From Candidatus Latescibacterota bacterium (GTDB lineage Bacteria > Latescibacterota > UBA2968): DNA of 64,000 nt. The notes below the pieces were generated by a model, which worked only from the letters and a program-made list of their open reading frames with translations, was not told the DNA's origin and made no database searches. This document shows positions 51,718 through 62,277 of the stretch, piece after piece; positions within the stretch are counted from its first letter, which is position 1, and the number at the start of each line of letters is the position of its first letter. A program made the translations under genes and the position numbers. The stretch covers positions 4,416,001-4,480,000 of the forward strand of contig OZ242311.1 of the NCBI GenBank assembly GCA_965207885.1. Direction: 5' to 3'.

Positions 51718-51871
51718 CAAAAGACGCGGATTAGCCGCGCATCACCTATAAAGTAAAGACCACGAATCGAAATATCTCGCGGTCTTTCTTTTTTTAGAAA
51801 TCGGTTGATAGGGGATTATATACAATAGTGCCAAACTTAGATTGTCAATCCGTACAATATTACATCTCAGC

Positions 51872-51900
51872 TTGCTTAAAAAATAAAAAGTGAGTATAAT
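51872..51900 (+). promoter_or_regulatory. sigma70 promoter of TA pair
   Basis: TTGCTT-17-TATAAT. Confidence 0.6.
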
Positions 51901-51953
51901 CAGGAGGATTGCCTGTAAGCGGTAGCCTGTTAGATGTAGTGAAAGGAGATGGC

Positions 51954-52184
51954 ATGGCGGATCATCTGGAAGAAGTTTATAAAAAATATGTTAAACCTTT
52001 ACCTGCATCAGAGCGTTTACGCTTGTTAGAGATGACGGTTCATGATTTGGCACTTACCGCTCCTCAGGACACCAAAAAACGGAGTATCCTGGAGTTGCGT
52101 GGCTTAGGCAAAGAAATTTGGAAAGGTGTAGATCCTCAAAAGTATGTTGACAGTCTTCGAGAAGAATGGGATCATCGACAGTGA
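51954..52184 (+). CDS. putative VapB-type antitoxin
   Basis: SILELRGLGKEIWKGVD..YV..LREEWD; overlaps PIN gene (GTGA). Confidence 0.8.
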   Translation: MADHLEEVYKKYVKPLPASERLRLLEMTVHDLALTAPQDTKKRSILELRGLGKEIWKGVDPQKYVDSLREEWDHRQ

Positions 52185-52669
52185 TCACACTGGATGACGC
52201 ATTGGCAGATGTGACAATGTTGGGATGCGATACGCCGCTTATCATTTATTTAATCGAAATGCATCCCGAATACGATGTATTGGTTACGGAGATTTTTCGG
52301 AGGATTGAGCAAGGAATCATTACAGGATTTACTTCAGCTATTACCTTGACGGAAGTTTTAACTCAGCCTCTGAAACAAGGACATATTCATCTACAAAAAG
52401 AATATCGCGATTTGTTGCTTCATAGTGCCAACTTTTATATGTTACCTGTCAATATAGAGATAGCCGAGCAAGCCGCTGTTCTTCGAGCGCAGTATGGGTT
52501 ACGTACACCTGATGCACTGCAAGTTGCTGTTGCTAAAACGGCGAACTGCCAGGTCTTTCTGACCAATGATAAAGCTCTTAAACGAGTAGAGGATGTGAAA
52601 GTACTGGTCCTCGATGAATTAGTATTTAAACAAGAAGATGAAGCAGATAAAGGTATGGTAGATGTTTGA
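52181..52669 (+). CDS. vapC: PIN-domain VapC toxin
   Basis: DT..IIY, ITLTEV, LRTPDA, LTND. Confidence 0.88.
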   Translation: MITLDDALADVTMLGCDTPLIIYLIEMHPEYDVLVTEIFRRIEQGIITGFTSAITLTEVLTQPLKQGHIHLQKEYRDLLLHSANFYMLPVNIEIAEQAAVLRAQYGLRTPDALQVAVAKTANCQVFLTNDKALKRVEDVKVLVLDELVFKQEDEADKGMVDV

Positions 52670-52768
52670 ATGACAATGGTAAAATAGAAGAAGCGATTCC
52701 TATTGGGAATCGCCTTTTTTATTTTCTCAAATAGAAATACCGAAAACTCAACTCACAAAGGAACGCAC

Positions 52769-53857
52769 ATGTCCAACAACAACATCATTCGCGTCGCCAT
52801 CGGCGGTCAGGGTCGCAGTGGATACAACATCCACGCCAAACAATTGAATCAGATGCCCGACAAATTCAAAATTGTAGCCGTAGCCGACCAATTGCCCGAG
52901 CGCAGGCGCGATGCCCGCGAACAATTTGGAGCCGAAGCTTATGAAGACTGGCAAGACATGATCAAAGCGGGTGGATTTGATCTCTTTGTCAACGCCCTGC
53001 ACCAGCCCCTGCACCCCGTCGCCAGCATTGCCGCTCTCCAGGCGGGTGGCCATGTCGTATGCGAAAAACCCACCTGCAAAACCGTGGCGCAATTCGACGA
53101 CATCGTTCAGACAGCCAGAGACAACAACCGCGTCTTTGCCCCCTTCCAAAACAACCGGTTGCAGCCCTACTTCGACAAAATCCAGGAAATCATCAACTCG
53201 GGCGTCCTGGGCAAAATTGTGTACATCCGATCCTCCTGGGGCGGTTTTTCGCGGCGCTGGGACTGGCAAACCCGTCAGGAAAACTGGGGCGGTGGCCTGC
53301 TCAACACAGGTCCCCATCCCGTCGATCAAGCCCTCTGCCTCTTCGGCTTTGACCGCACCCCCAGCGTCTTTGCCCGAATGGACTGCAACAACCCCTTTGA
53401 TGGCGATGCCGACGATCACTGCACCGTCACATTGTACGACCCCGAACGACAAGCACCCCAAATCGACATCGTCGTGAGCAACTACCTCCATTATCCGCAA
53501 AACGATACCTACACCATTAACGGCACCTATGGCGGTCTCACAGGAGGATCATCAGCACTCAAATGGCGTTATTTTGATCCCGAAAAAGCACCCAAACACG
53601 ACATGTGGACCTGGTCGGTAAACCGACAGTACACCCGCGAAGAACTCGACTGGACCGAAGAAACGTGGACACTCGAAGAGGAAAAGAAAAACAACACCCC
53701 CTCCGTCTCACTCGAAAGCGGTCCCGAACGCTTCTACAACAACATCTACGACGTCCTCAAAAACAACGGCGAACTCCTCATCACCCCCGCGCAAGTACGC
53801 ACACAAATCGCCGTGATAGAAGAATCTCATCGGCAAAATCCGCTTCCGAAAAAATAA
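52769..53857 (+). CDS. Gfo/Idh/MocA family oxidoreductase
   Basis: GGQGRSG, CEKP, GGGLLNTGPHPVD. Confidence 0.9.
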   Translation: MSNNNIIRVAIGGQGRSGYNIHAKQLNQMPDKFKIVAVADQLPERRRDAREQFGAEAYEDWQDMIKAGGFDLFVNALHQPLHPVASIAALQAGGHVVCEKPTCKTVAQFDDIVQTARDNNRVFAPFQNNRLQPYFDKIQEIINSGVLGKIVYIRSSWGGFSRRWDWQTRQENWGGGLLNTGPHPVDQALCLFGFDRTPSVFARMDCNNPFDGDADDHCTVTLYDPERQAPQIDIVVSNYLHYPQNDTYTINGTYGGLTGGSSALKWRYFDPEKAPKHDMWTWSVNRQYTREELDWTEETWTLEEEKKNNTPSVSLESGPERFYNNIYDVLKNNGELLITPAQVRTQIAVIEESHRQNPLPKK

Positions 53858-53878
53858 AGCACAACAAAGGAAAACCCC

Positions 53879-54730
53879 ATGAGCATCCCCATCTTAGATA
53901 CCCATCAACACCTCATCTATCCGGACAAATACCCCTATTCGTGGACCGATGACCTCGCGCCACTCAAAGGCAATGCCTTCCACATCGAAGACTATTTGAC
54001 CCTCACAAAAGGCAGCGGCATCACGCGCACCATTTTCATGGAAGCCTCGCCCGATGACCCCCACTGGCATGACGAAACGCAATTTGTTTATGAACTATCC
54101 GAACAACCCAATGCCATAATCGAAGGCATCATCGCCAACTGCCGTCCCGAATCCCCCTCTGGATTTGAAGCCTATATCGAATCTGTCCAGCACCCCAAAC
54201 TCGTCGGCTTCCGCCGCATCCTGCACACCATGCCCGACGACCTCTCCCAATCGGATCACTTCGCGGCAAACATCCGACTGCTCGAAAAATACGACCTCAC
54301 CTTCGACCTCTGCTTCCGCGCCGACCAACTACCCATCGCCCGCAACCTCGCGCAAAAATGTCCAGACGTCCAATTCATCCTCGACCACTGCGGCGTGCCG
54401 GATATTGCAAACAGCGAGACAGATCCCTGGCGAGACCACATCGCGCAAATAGCCGCCCTCCCCAATGTCGCATGCAAAATCTCGGGCGTCCTCTCCTATT
54501 GCGCCGAGGGAAATGCCACCACCGGAGCGGTACGCCCTTATGTCGAACACTGCATCGCCAGCTTTGGCTGGAATCGCGTGGTCTGGGGCAGCGACTGGCC
54601 CGTTTGCAACACGCGGTCCGATATCCAAACCTGGGTCCAAACATCGCGCGAAATCGTCGCCAACGCCGACGTGTCGGACCAGGAAAAACTCTTTCACAAA
54701 AACGCAGAACGCATCTATCTGAAAAAATAA
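53879..54730 (+). CDS. amidohydrolase_2 family (L-fuconolactonase-like)
   Basis: DTHQH, LDHCG.P, CKISG, WGSDWPV. Confidence 0.88.
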   Translation: MSIPILDTHQHLIYPDKYPYSWTDDLAPLKGNAFHIEDYLTLTKGSGITRTIFMEASPDDPHWHDETQFVYELSEQPNAIIEGIIANCRPESPSGFEAYIESVQHPKLVGFRRILHTMPDDLSQSDHFAANIRLLEKYDLTFDLCFRADQLPIARNLAQKCPDVQFILDHCGVPDIANSETDPWRDHIAQIAALPNVACKISGVLSYCAEGNATTGAVRPYVEHCIASFGWNRVVWGSDWPVCNTRSDIQTWVQTSREIVANADVSDQEKLFHKNAERIYLKK

Positions 54731-54786
54731 TAACGGTCCCTCATAGAGAGAGACCGTCTAATCGTGACACATCTCAATTTCTATCT

Positions 54787-55017
54787 CTAACTCTCCTCTC
54801 CCCCATCTGTGCGATCTTGCTCAACCTTCTGAGTATCGGACATCCCGTCCTTTTTACCCATATTATAAGCGCGATATGATGCGGGTATCACCATCGCAGC
54901 CATAATCCCTGCCACAACAGCAGGCGATATATTAATATCCATAATAAACCGCAGTACGACTACAGCCACCAAACCAGATGCGATATATCCGATTCCCACT
55001 CCAATAGCCTTATACAT
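54787..55017 (-). CDS. small 2-TM membrane protein
   Basis: AGGAGG RBS; two hydrophobic segments. Confidence 0.65.
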   Translation of the reverse strand: MYKAIGVGIGYIASGLVAVVVLRFIMDINISPAVVAGIMAAMVIPASYRAYNMGKKDGMSDTQKVEQDRTDGGEES

Positions 55018-55029
55018 AATCCCTCCTAT

Positions 55030-55827
55030 TTAACCAACACGCGCGCTCAACCCCCCATCCACCGGGAGTAAAATGCCCGTAATATACTTCGCCTCATCTG
55101 AAGCGAGAAACACCGCAGCGGCAGCCACATCCCACGCCGACCCCATTTTTTGTTCAAGGGGCACCTGTGCAGCGCGCTCATGGCGAAGCGCATCCCGGTT
55201 GACACCCTGATCTTGAACGCGGGATTCAATCGCCATCGGCGTATCCATCAAACCGGGCAAAATCGCATTTACGCGCACGCCATAAGGCGCGTTTTCAAGC
55301 GCGAGATTCTGCGTAAGTGCATTGATCCCCGCCTTGGCAATTTTGTACGCAAGCGTCCTGGGGCGAAAACACATAGCTGCCGTAGAAGAAATATTGACGA
55401 TAACACCACTTCTCTGTGCACGCATAACGGGAAGCACATATTTACAGGTAAGAAACAGCCCCTTGAGATTGATATCCATAAGTCGCTGCCAGCCTTCACC
55501 ACTCAAGTCAACAGAACCACCGTCACCCCTCAGCGTGCCGACATTATTGTGCAAAACATCGATACGCCCATAGCGCTGGCCACAAGTCTCGGCAATAGCC
55601 CGACAATCATGTTCAATTGTAATATCTGCGCCGAGCACCGACGCGCTCCCATTCTCCTGTGCAATCATCCGCGCAGTCTCTTCGGCAGACGCGACGTCTT
55701 TATCCACCAGAAGCACCTGCGCACCCGCTCTGGCAAAGCGAATAGCCGTTGCCCGCCCATTCCCAATAGTCTCGCCCGCTGACTGCCCTGCGCCAACAAC
55801 AATCGCTATTTTATTTTTAAGCTGCAT
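55030..55827 (-). CDS. SDR family oxidoreductase
   Basis: IGNG, HNNVG, YKIAK, VNAILPG, VDGG. Confidence 0.92.
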   Translation of the reverse strand: MQLKNKIAIVVGAGQSAGETIGNGRATAIRFARAGAQVLLVDKDVASAEETARMIAQENGSASVLGADITIEHDCRAIAETCGQRYGRIDVLHNNVGTLRGDGGSVDLSGEGWQRLMDINLKGLFLTCKYVLPVMRAQRSGVIVNISSTAAMCFRPRTLAYKIAKAGINALTQNLALENAPYGVRVNAILPGLMDTPMAIESRVQDQGVNRDALRHERAAQVPLEQKMGSAWDVAAAAVFLASDEAKYITGILLPVDGGLSARVG

Positions 55828-55833
55828 ATACCC

Positions 55834-57060
55834 TTACTCTCCCGCACACGCATGCACAATATCCGATTGCATATTGACAAACGTATTCCCCTCAATCACC
55901 GTTCCGCGTGCTTCGCGCTCAATCGCAATCCCCACCTTCTGCTTTTCTCCTCCCGAATCCTCAATCCGATTATCTCGAATCTCCACATCGTACGTCGTAC
56001 CGCGAATCTCAATCCCATACCCATTCTCGGCAAAACCATTATCGCGGATCACACACGAATGAATCGCATTTCTGTGCGCCCCTCGAAACTCGGATAACGG
56101 CGTCCGGAACAAGATCCCAACCTTGTGATTGCCAGCGATCTCGCAATTGACAATCCGGTTATCCGTATCTCTGTGCCCAATTGAAATGCCAAAATCCCGG
56201 TTGTCCAAACACGCGCAATCCTCGGCAATGCCATCCGACACACCCCAACAAAAGAAAATACCCTGACTATTGCCCGTTGACCGGCAATTGAGAAACTGCG
56301 GCCGCTGCGATCCACTACCCGGATGAAATCCCAGATTGGCATTGTTCTCCGACACACAATTTTCAAAAACAAAATCATCGCAAACCTGAAAACTGAACCC
56401 ATCGCCATTGTAATTGCGCGCCATCACATTCCGAAAAGTATAGCGGTGGCAGCGCTGCAAAAACACCGCACCCGAATAATTCCCATTAATCTCTTCATTC
56501 TCCTCTTTGTTGCCATCCAGAACGATATTCTCAATCGCAACATCGCAAACCCCCTCCTCCGCCGTCAAAATGGGAAAAATCGTCGCCAGCGTCGCCCGTT
56601 CATCCAGCCACATATTTTTGTACACGCGCTTACTAAGCGAAATCACCCGTCCCTCAATCGCCGTCACAGTATCTTTCACCACCGTCATCCCGGACTTGCC
56701 ATAAGACCGCAACATCACCCCGCATCCCACGCCAAACCCACGAGCATCTTCCACCTCGACCCGCGCCTCATACCAATCGGAATCCCGCACCAAAGGGATA
56801 ACAACATCCGCAGCCTTCTTCAAAACCGTTGCACTACCCGACCCGCGTACAGTCAAATTTGGATGCAGATAAAGCGCGTTCTGCATCGTATATATCCCCG
56901 GCAAAATCTGCAAAATACCACCACCCAGGCGGTGCAAATAATCTGCACCAGCTTGCAAAACCCGATCATCGCCCCCCTGCAAATCCCCCTCGCCCTGCCC
57001 CACTGTCAACACCATCTCCCGCCGCTCTGTCATAGGCCGATTAGCAGAAAAATCCGACAT
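55834..57060 (-). CDS. right-handed parallel beta-helix protein
   Basis: Repeated N..G.GI/F units, pectin-lyase-like N-term. Confidence 0.8.
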   Translation of the reverse strand: MSDFSANRPMTERREMVLTVGQGEGDLQGGDDRVLQAGADYLHRLGGGILQILPGIYTMQNALYLHPNLTVRGSGSATVLKKAADVVIPLVRDSDWYEARVEVEDARGFGVGCGVMLRSYGKSGMTVVKDTVTAIEGRVISLSKRVYKNMWLDERATLATIFPILTAEEGVCDVAIENIVLDGNKEENEEINGNYSGAVFLQRCHRYTFRNVMARNYNGDGFSFQVCDDFVFENCVSENNANLGFHPGSGSQRPQFLNCRSTGNSQGIFFCWGVSDGIAEDCACLDNRDFGISIGHRDTDNRIVNCEIAGNHKVGILFRTPLSEFRGAHRNAIHSCVIRDNGFAENGYGIEIRGTTYDVEIRDNRIEDSGGEKQKVGIAIEREARGTVIEGNTFVNMQSDIVHACAGE

Positions 57061-57167
57061 ATCAACGCTCTTTTCTATTTTTGTCGTGTGCCTGAGTCAA
57101 TCTCAAAATTCTCCGCATCCGAACTCATGTTAGGGACTCTCCTACATGGCATCCAGTCCCTGGAGCT

Positions 57168-59681
57168 TCAACGGGTCGGCTGATAGTTTGTCAAGTTACC
57201 CGCGGGTATGCCCCCATAATCCTCCACCCGTTTGTTGTCCCGATCGCTCTCGTGATGCGGAGGCGTGTACGTTAGCATCACATCTTGAGCCGTGAAGGTC
57301 GCCCCTGCCTGACCCGTCCAACTCAGGTCTATTGTCACCGTGTTCCTGTCATTGGCGAGGTAATTTTCTCTTTGAGGACGGACGCCTTCGATCATTATCG
57401 CACCCTGCACACCCTGTATCGAGACCGCGTAGGCGTCAGAAGGGACCTCTGTGATCGGGTTCAGTTTCTCGTTGTAGATCAACTTTAGTTCCCCAGTATA
57501 AGAGCCTGCGCTTATCTCCTCTGTTTCCAGCCTCATTCCTATTAGCGTTGGCGGTGTTCGGTCTGGTGGCAGAAAATTTGGCAGTGGCGTGTTGCGAATC
57601 GTTTCCCATTCCGTGCGAAGGGCTTTGAGCCAATCCGGGATGGCGCCGAGCCGCAGTTCGAGTTGTGCGTCGAAAAGCGATTCTGGCGCAACCGCACTGC
57701 CCTGGGATTCGTTAAGCTGGACAGTGTTTTCATCAATGGTGGCTGGATTGCCGTGCAATCCGATGATGATGGGTTTTATCACGACGCGGCCAGTCCCATT
57801 CCAAAAATTGTAATTTGGCGTACCTTCTCCCTGATGAAAATTATAGGCCACAAAATGTCCGAGGTGATGAGGGCAATTCCGTGAGCAGACACCGCTGCTG
57901 CCACTCAGGTTGCCTCCCTTGGCGCGATCAAACAGGGTAGCAATAGGTTCTCCGCTTTTTTGAGCGTGAAAATCAAGTGACGCGGGATAATCATAACGAT
58001 AATACACGTTTCCAGAGCGTGGTCCCTGTATATTTGGACCGTGTTGATGTCCTGCGAGGTCTTCTGAAAGACCGATCCACGAGTGGTCCGTGCTCCCCAA
58101 GAAAGCAAAATGACCCTTATTTCCCGCCAGTGTGACGTGATAAACCGACATGGCTGATCCATTAATGCCCAGTGCAATACTGGTGTTGATAAACGAGACG
58201 CGCCGAACCCAGGAATTGACACAGCCACTGAATTGGAGCATATACCAGCTATAATCGTGAATATAATTCTTATGATGGACAAAATCACCTGTCCACGATC
58301 CATGAAAACTGATGTCTTCAACGCCAACTTCCTCAAGGAACTTGTATTCGTGTACCTTCCAATTATAGTTGCTGTTGACATTGGCGTGCAGGGGTTCATG
58401 AAAGCGCATCCGATTGTTTTGGATTTCAGCAATGCGGTGCGTTTCATCCACGACAGCCCCCCTATCACCACTAATTTCCCAATTGGAACGTGGTGTGAAC
58501 CCGCCCATAAAATCAGCGACTGCCGCCTTGTCTTCCAGCTTCAGTGTAACCCAATCACCCACTTTAAACATGGAAGCATCTGCGACTGTGATCCAAAAGG
58601 TTTCGCGGGTAGCATTTTCTGTAACAGAGGTGCTTGTTCTCGAGTTGCCCCTATACCTGAACCGAAACATGGCAGGCCAACCCCGGCCAGAGTAGTTTTC
58701 GTACATGCTGTTCACCTGCCGGATGACTGTGCCTCCGGCTCGGCTGCCGCTTCCTCTGAGGACGATATTGCTGTTGCGAATCACGATGGGTGTGAACACA
58801 CCCGCTTCGGTTGTATCGGCATCGGTATTGACGAGAAATTCACCTGGTGGAAAGAAGATAATGCCGCTACCGTTCTGTTCCGCAGCAGCAATAGCAGCTA
58901 TAATGGCGGCCTGGTCAGACTGATCATCACCGGGGATGGCACCATAAGTTGTGACATCATATATCGGTGCCATAATTTCATTGCTATGAGGAACGGGTTG
59001 GTTGGCGTTGTGATAGCCCGCGTAGGAAAAATCGGGTAGGATAGGTTCTGTCCCATTCTCTTTGGCCTCCACAAATTGTCGATAGGTACTCGAGGTCTGT
59101 GGGGAACGGACACTGATCCTCACCGCGATGCTGTCAGTACCTCCATGACCATCGCGTACGTTCACCGTCACCGAGTAAACACGCCTGATTTCGTAATCGT
59201 AAGAGACCCCTTCCCGTGTCAGAAGTTGACCGTTGTCTGGGACAATTGTGAAGGCACTCGCATCCGGTCCTCTCAGGCTGTATGTGAGGGCGTGATTATC
59301 GGCATCGGTGGCAGAAATAGGTTTGCCGATAGGCGTTTCTGCCGAGGAGTTCTCATCCACTGAGCGTATAACAGGAGACGCGAAGGAGAATACCGGCACC
59401 TGATTTACCGCTTTGCCAAAGCTACTGGCAAAGATCAGAAAATCGTCAAATCCAATCGTGCCATCGCCAGTTAGATCGTATCTTGCCTCATACTTCGTTT
59501 GCCCCTCCTGAGATCCAAACGCCCCTACAAACAGCAAAAAGTCGGGAAAATCGACAATCCCACTCCCGTCAAAGTCGGGGGAAGGTTCCGCAGCGAGAGA
59601 TAAGGGATGACTCAACAGAGCGGTGAGTATAATAGCAAAACTCAAAGCATATGTTGATCGCACGTGAAGCAGCCTGGACAT
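57168..59681 (-). CDS. secreted multidomain protein: dockerin/EF-hand-like + cadherin + pectin-lyase-fold DUF4955-like domain
   Basis: DFDGSGIVDFPDF repeat pair; DEN..ATDAD..LTY..DYE cadherin; ILPDFSYAGY, PESLFDAQL. Confidence 0.8.
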   Translation of the reverse strand: MSRLLHVRSTYALSFAIILTALLSHPLSLAAEPSPDFDGSGIVDFPDFLLFVGAFGSQEGQTKYEARYDLTGDGTIGFDDFLIFASSFGKAVNQVPVFSFASPVIRSVDENSSAETPIGKPISATDADNHALTYSLRGPDASAFTIVPDNGQLLTREGVSYDYEIRRVYSVTVNVRDGHGGTDSIAVRISVRSPQTSSTYRQFVEAKENGTEPILPDFSYAGYHNANQPVPHSNEIMAPIYDVTTYGAIPGDDQSDQAAIIAAIAAAEQNGSGIIFFPPGEFLVNTDADTTEAGVFTPIVIRNSNIVLRGSGSRAGGTVIRQVNSMYENYSGRGWPAMFRFRYRGNSRTSTSVTENATRETFWITVADASMFKVGDWVTLKLEDKAAVADFMGGFTPRSNWEISGDRGAVVDETHRIAEIQNNRMRFHEPLHANVNSNYNWKVHEYKFLEEVGVEDISFHGSWTGDFVHHKNYIHDYSWYMLQFSGCVNSWVRRVSFINTSIALGINGSAMSVYHVTLAGNKGHFAFLGSTDHSWIGLSEDLAGHQHGPNIQGPRSGNVYYRYDYPASLDFHAQKSGEPIATLFDRAKGGNLSGSSGVCSRNCPHHLGHFVAYNFHQGEGTPNYNFWNGTGRVVIKPIIIGLHGNPATIDENTVQLNESQGSAVAPESLFDAQLELRLGAIPDWLKALRTEWETIRNTPLPNFLPPDRTPPTLIGMRLETEEISAGSYTGELKLIYNEKLNPITEVPSDAYAVSIQGVQGAIMIEGVRPQRENYLANDRNTVTIDLSWTGQAGATFTAQDVMLTYTPPHHESDRDNKRVEDYGGIPAGNLTNYQPTR

Positions 59682-59731
59682 GTTGAACTTTCCACAAAAG
59701 GCAGTCGTCAATCTTTTGACGGCGTAAACCT

Positions 59732-60559
59732 TTACACCTGAGCACTGACCTTATGCACCTTCAAATTCGCATATTCGCCAATCAAAGGTGCCATCTGTCG
59801 AAAACCGATCTTGCCATCGCCCAACAAAGGCCCATACGTCTGACCATCATCAAACCAGTGGAAAATCTTCAAATCGCGAATATAAAAAACAACCTCAGCA
59901 CCGCATTTGATCAGCGTAATCGGGTATGGCGGTCTGGCATCGACAACAGAAGGCAGGGGATCAGCTCCCTGACTGACCATGTGAAAACCATAACTCTTGC
60001 GCAAATTGCAAACCTGAAAAGCGCGTTCTTTGAGTGCCTTCCGCCGAAAATAAGACACGTGCAACGCATTGATATCGCTGCTGTGATACTGCTTGTATTC
60101 GCCAGCCCGAGGCACCAATGACGAATCAAATATATCTTCACCGCCTCGTCCCAAAGCAGAAAAAAACAGAATGCACAACCCCGGCTCGCGCACCGGCCAA
60201 AAATCCCACGTCACGGCAATATCCGCTGGAAAATCTTCGGGACACCAAAAAACAAAATTTGCCGCCTGCCCTTCCCCGGGATCGCGGCGATTTTCCATTC
60301 GCATGCGACCATTTGGAAAGGTCACTTCGGCATCCCCCTCCAGCCGAAACCCTTCAATATCTGACGCGGAAGACAGCGGATTGTCATAAAGCAATTCGCC
60401 AAATTCAAAATTATCCATAACACCTCTCCTGATGCGTTGACGTATCGGGTTCTTCGCCGCATGGACAGCCTGTCTCAAAAACAGCGGCGCACCGCCAAAA
60501 GATACTGAAAACAACGCCATCTTGCTGCATTTTATGAACGCCCTGCGAGTCCATTCCAT
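59732..60559 (-). CDS. DUF1961 (YesU-like) protein with in-frame Tat-like leader; internal start at 60418
   Basis: ANFVFWCPEDFP, NALHVSYFRR, NLRKSYGF, GKIGFRQM; TRRAFIK. Confidence 0.8.
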   Translation of the reverse strand: MEWTRRAFIKCSKMALFSVSFGGAPLFLRQAVHAAKNPIRQRIRRGVMDNFEFGELLYDNPLSSASDIEGFRLEGDAEVTFPNGRMRMENRRDPGEGQAANFVFWCPEDFPADIAVTWDFWPVREPGLCILFFSALGRGGEDIFDSSLVPRAGEYKQYHSSDINALHVSYFRRKALKERAFQVCNLRKSYGFHMVSQGADPLPSVVDARPPYPITLIKCGAEVVFYIRDLKIFHWFDDGQTYGPLLGDGKIGFRQMAPLIGEYANLKVHKVSAQV

Positions 60560-60575
60560 CACTTTAGTCTCCTGT

Positions 60576-62213
60576 TCACTTTGGAAGCGAGATTTTGCGA
60601 AGCGATTCCCATTCTGCACGCAACGTATTCAGCCAGATGGGCAGCTTTCCAAGACGCAACGCGAGTTGAGCCTCAAAAAGAGATTCCGGCTCAACCGGGC
60701 TACCATTGGATTCCAGAACCTCAAGCGCACTTTCATTGAAAGTGGCGGGATTGCCGTGAAATCCCACAACAATCGGATGCAAAAATCGGAGATACCCCTG
60801 CCAAAAATCGTAGCGCGTATCATCCCCCCCGTGGTTGAAATTCCAGAACACAAGACGCCTGAGATGATGCGGCTGAACGCCGGCACCACTGCTGCCATAT
60901 AGCCTGCCATTATTCACGCGATCGTACAAATTGGCATAACTCGGTTTGGTCTTATGGATATCGAGCGACTGTTTGGACCCCATATCAAAGCGATAGACCA
61001 CATTGCCTGTCGTGCTATGGCTCATACCCACGCCATGTAACTGGCTTGCAAGGTCTTCCGACAGACCCACCCATATCCCATAACTGCCCTGACTCTTAAT
61101 CGCATAATGCCCCTTATTACCTGCCACCGTAACTTGATAAACAGATACGGCTGCACTGCTGAGTATATCAAGAGCACAACTGACATTGACAAAAGAGATG
61201 CGCCGAACCCACGAATTGACACATCGGTTAAATTCGACCAAACTATAGCCCCCATCGTGGATGGCATTTTTGTGATGGACAAATTTCTCCAAAAACGAAC
61301 CGTGAAAACTAATGTCTTCAACGCCGACTTCCTCGAGATGTGGATAGACACGCACACGCCATTTATGTGCGGAATTGACATGCGCGTGCAGGGGTTCATT
61401 GAGGCGAATGCGATTGCCCTGAATCTCGGCAATACTGTGTTCTTCATCAATGGTAATCCCCTCGTCGAACAGTTTTTTCCAGCGTCTTTCAGGTGAACGC
61501 GGAGCCAGGAACTCATCAATTGCCTCGGGACTCCTCATATAGACCTTGACCCACTGACCAACTTCAAGCCTGGAAGCATCTGCCACTGTAATCCAAAACG
61601 TCTCTCTATCTGCACTCTCTGTAATACGCGTTATATTTGGAGAGCGTGTCGTGCTGGGTTTAAAAATGAACATATAGGGCGTTGAAAACAGTTGATTGGG
61701 ATTTCTTGGAGGCAGATGGGTAACCTGTCGAATGACCGTCCCTCCCCCTCGGCTACCGCTGCCTCTCAGAACAATATGGCTGCTATGGATATAGATAGGC
61801 TCATTGTCATCAGCATCTGTATTGACGAGAAATTCACCCGGCGGGAAAAAGACAATGCCCCTGCCATTGGCCTCTGCTGCGGCAATGGCTGCCTGTATAG
61901 CCTTCTGGTCAGACAGATCATCATTGGGGATTGCACCATACTTTGTGACATCGAAAATGGGATGTGCGACATCGGGAACAGGCTTGTTGAAGTAGTGATA
62001 TCCCGCGTAGGAAAAATCAGGTAAGATAGGTTCTGTCTCCTTCTCTTTGGCTTCCACAAACTGTTGATAAGTAGTCGAGATGCGTGGCGTTCCCGCTGGA
62101 ATGGCAACATCTCGGTCTCCTTCTGAACCATCCATCAGAGATGGAATCAACAGCAAGATAACTGCAAAGATCCAAACACAGGCGAAACGCCTGCGATGTA
62201 GCAACTCGGGCAT
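60576..62213 (-). CDS. DUF4955-like pectin-lyase-fold protein (paralog of 57168-59681)
   Basis: ILPDFSYAGYH, EEVGVEDISFHG, FVHHKN, PESLFEAQL; signal peptide. Confidence 0.82.
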   Translation of the reverse strand: MPELLHRRRFACVWIFAVILLLIPSLMDGSEGDRDVAIPAGTPRISTTYQQFVEAKEKETEPILPDFSYAGYHYFNKPVPDVAHPIFDVTKYGAIPNDDLSDQKAIQAAIAAAEANGRGIVFFPPGEFLVNTDADDNEPIYIHSSHIVLRGSGSRGGGTVIRQVTHLPPRNPNQLFSTPYMFIFKPSTTRSPNITRITESADRETFWITVADASRLEVGQWVKVYMRSPEAIDEFLAPRSPERRWKKLFDEGITIDEEHSIAEIQGNRIRLNEPLHAHVNSAHKWRVRVYPHLEEVGVEDISFHGSFLEKFVHHKNAIHDGGYSLVEFNRCVNSWVRRISFVNVSCALDILSSAAVSVYQVTVAGNKGHYAIKSQGSYGIWVGLSEDLASQLHGVGMSHSTTGNVVYRFDMGSKQSLDIHKTKPSYANLYDRVNNGRLYGSSGAGVQPHHLRRLVFWNFNHGGDDTRYDFWQGYLRFLHPIVVGFHGNPATFNESALEVLESNGSPVEPESLFEAQLALRLGKLPIWLNTLRAEWESLRKISLPK

Positions 62214-62277
62214 ATTGTACTCCTCCCGTAGATAAAATCAGCCATCAATCTAAGTCCAATGCTCGCTGGAACATCTA

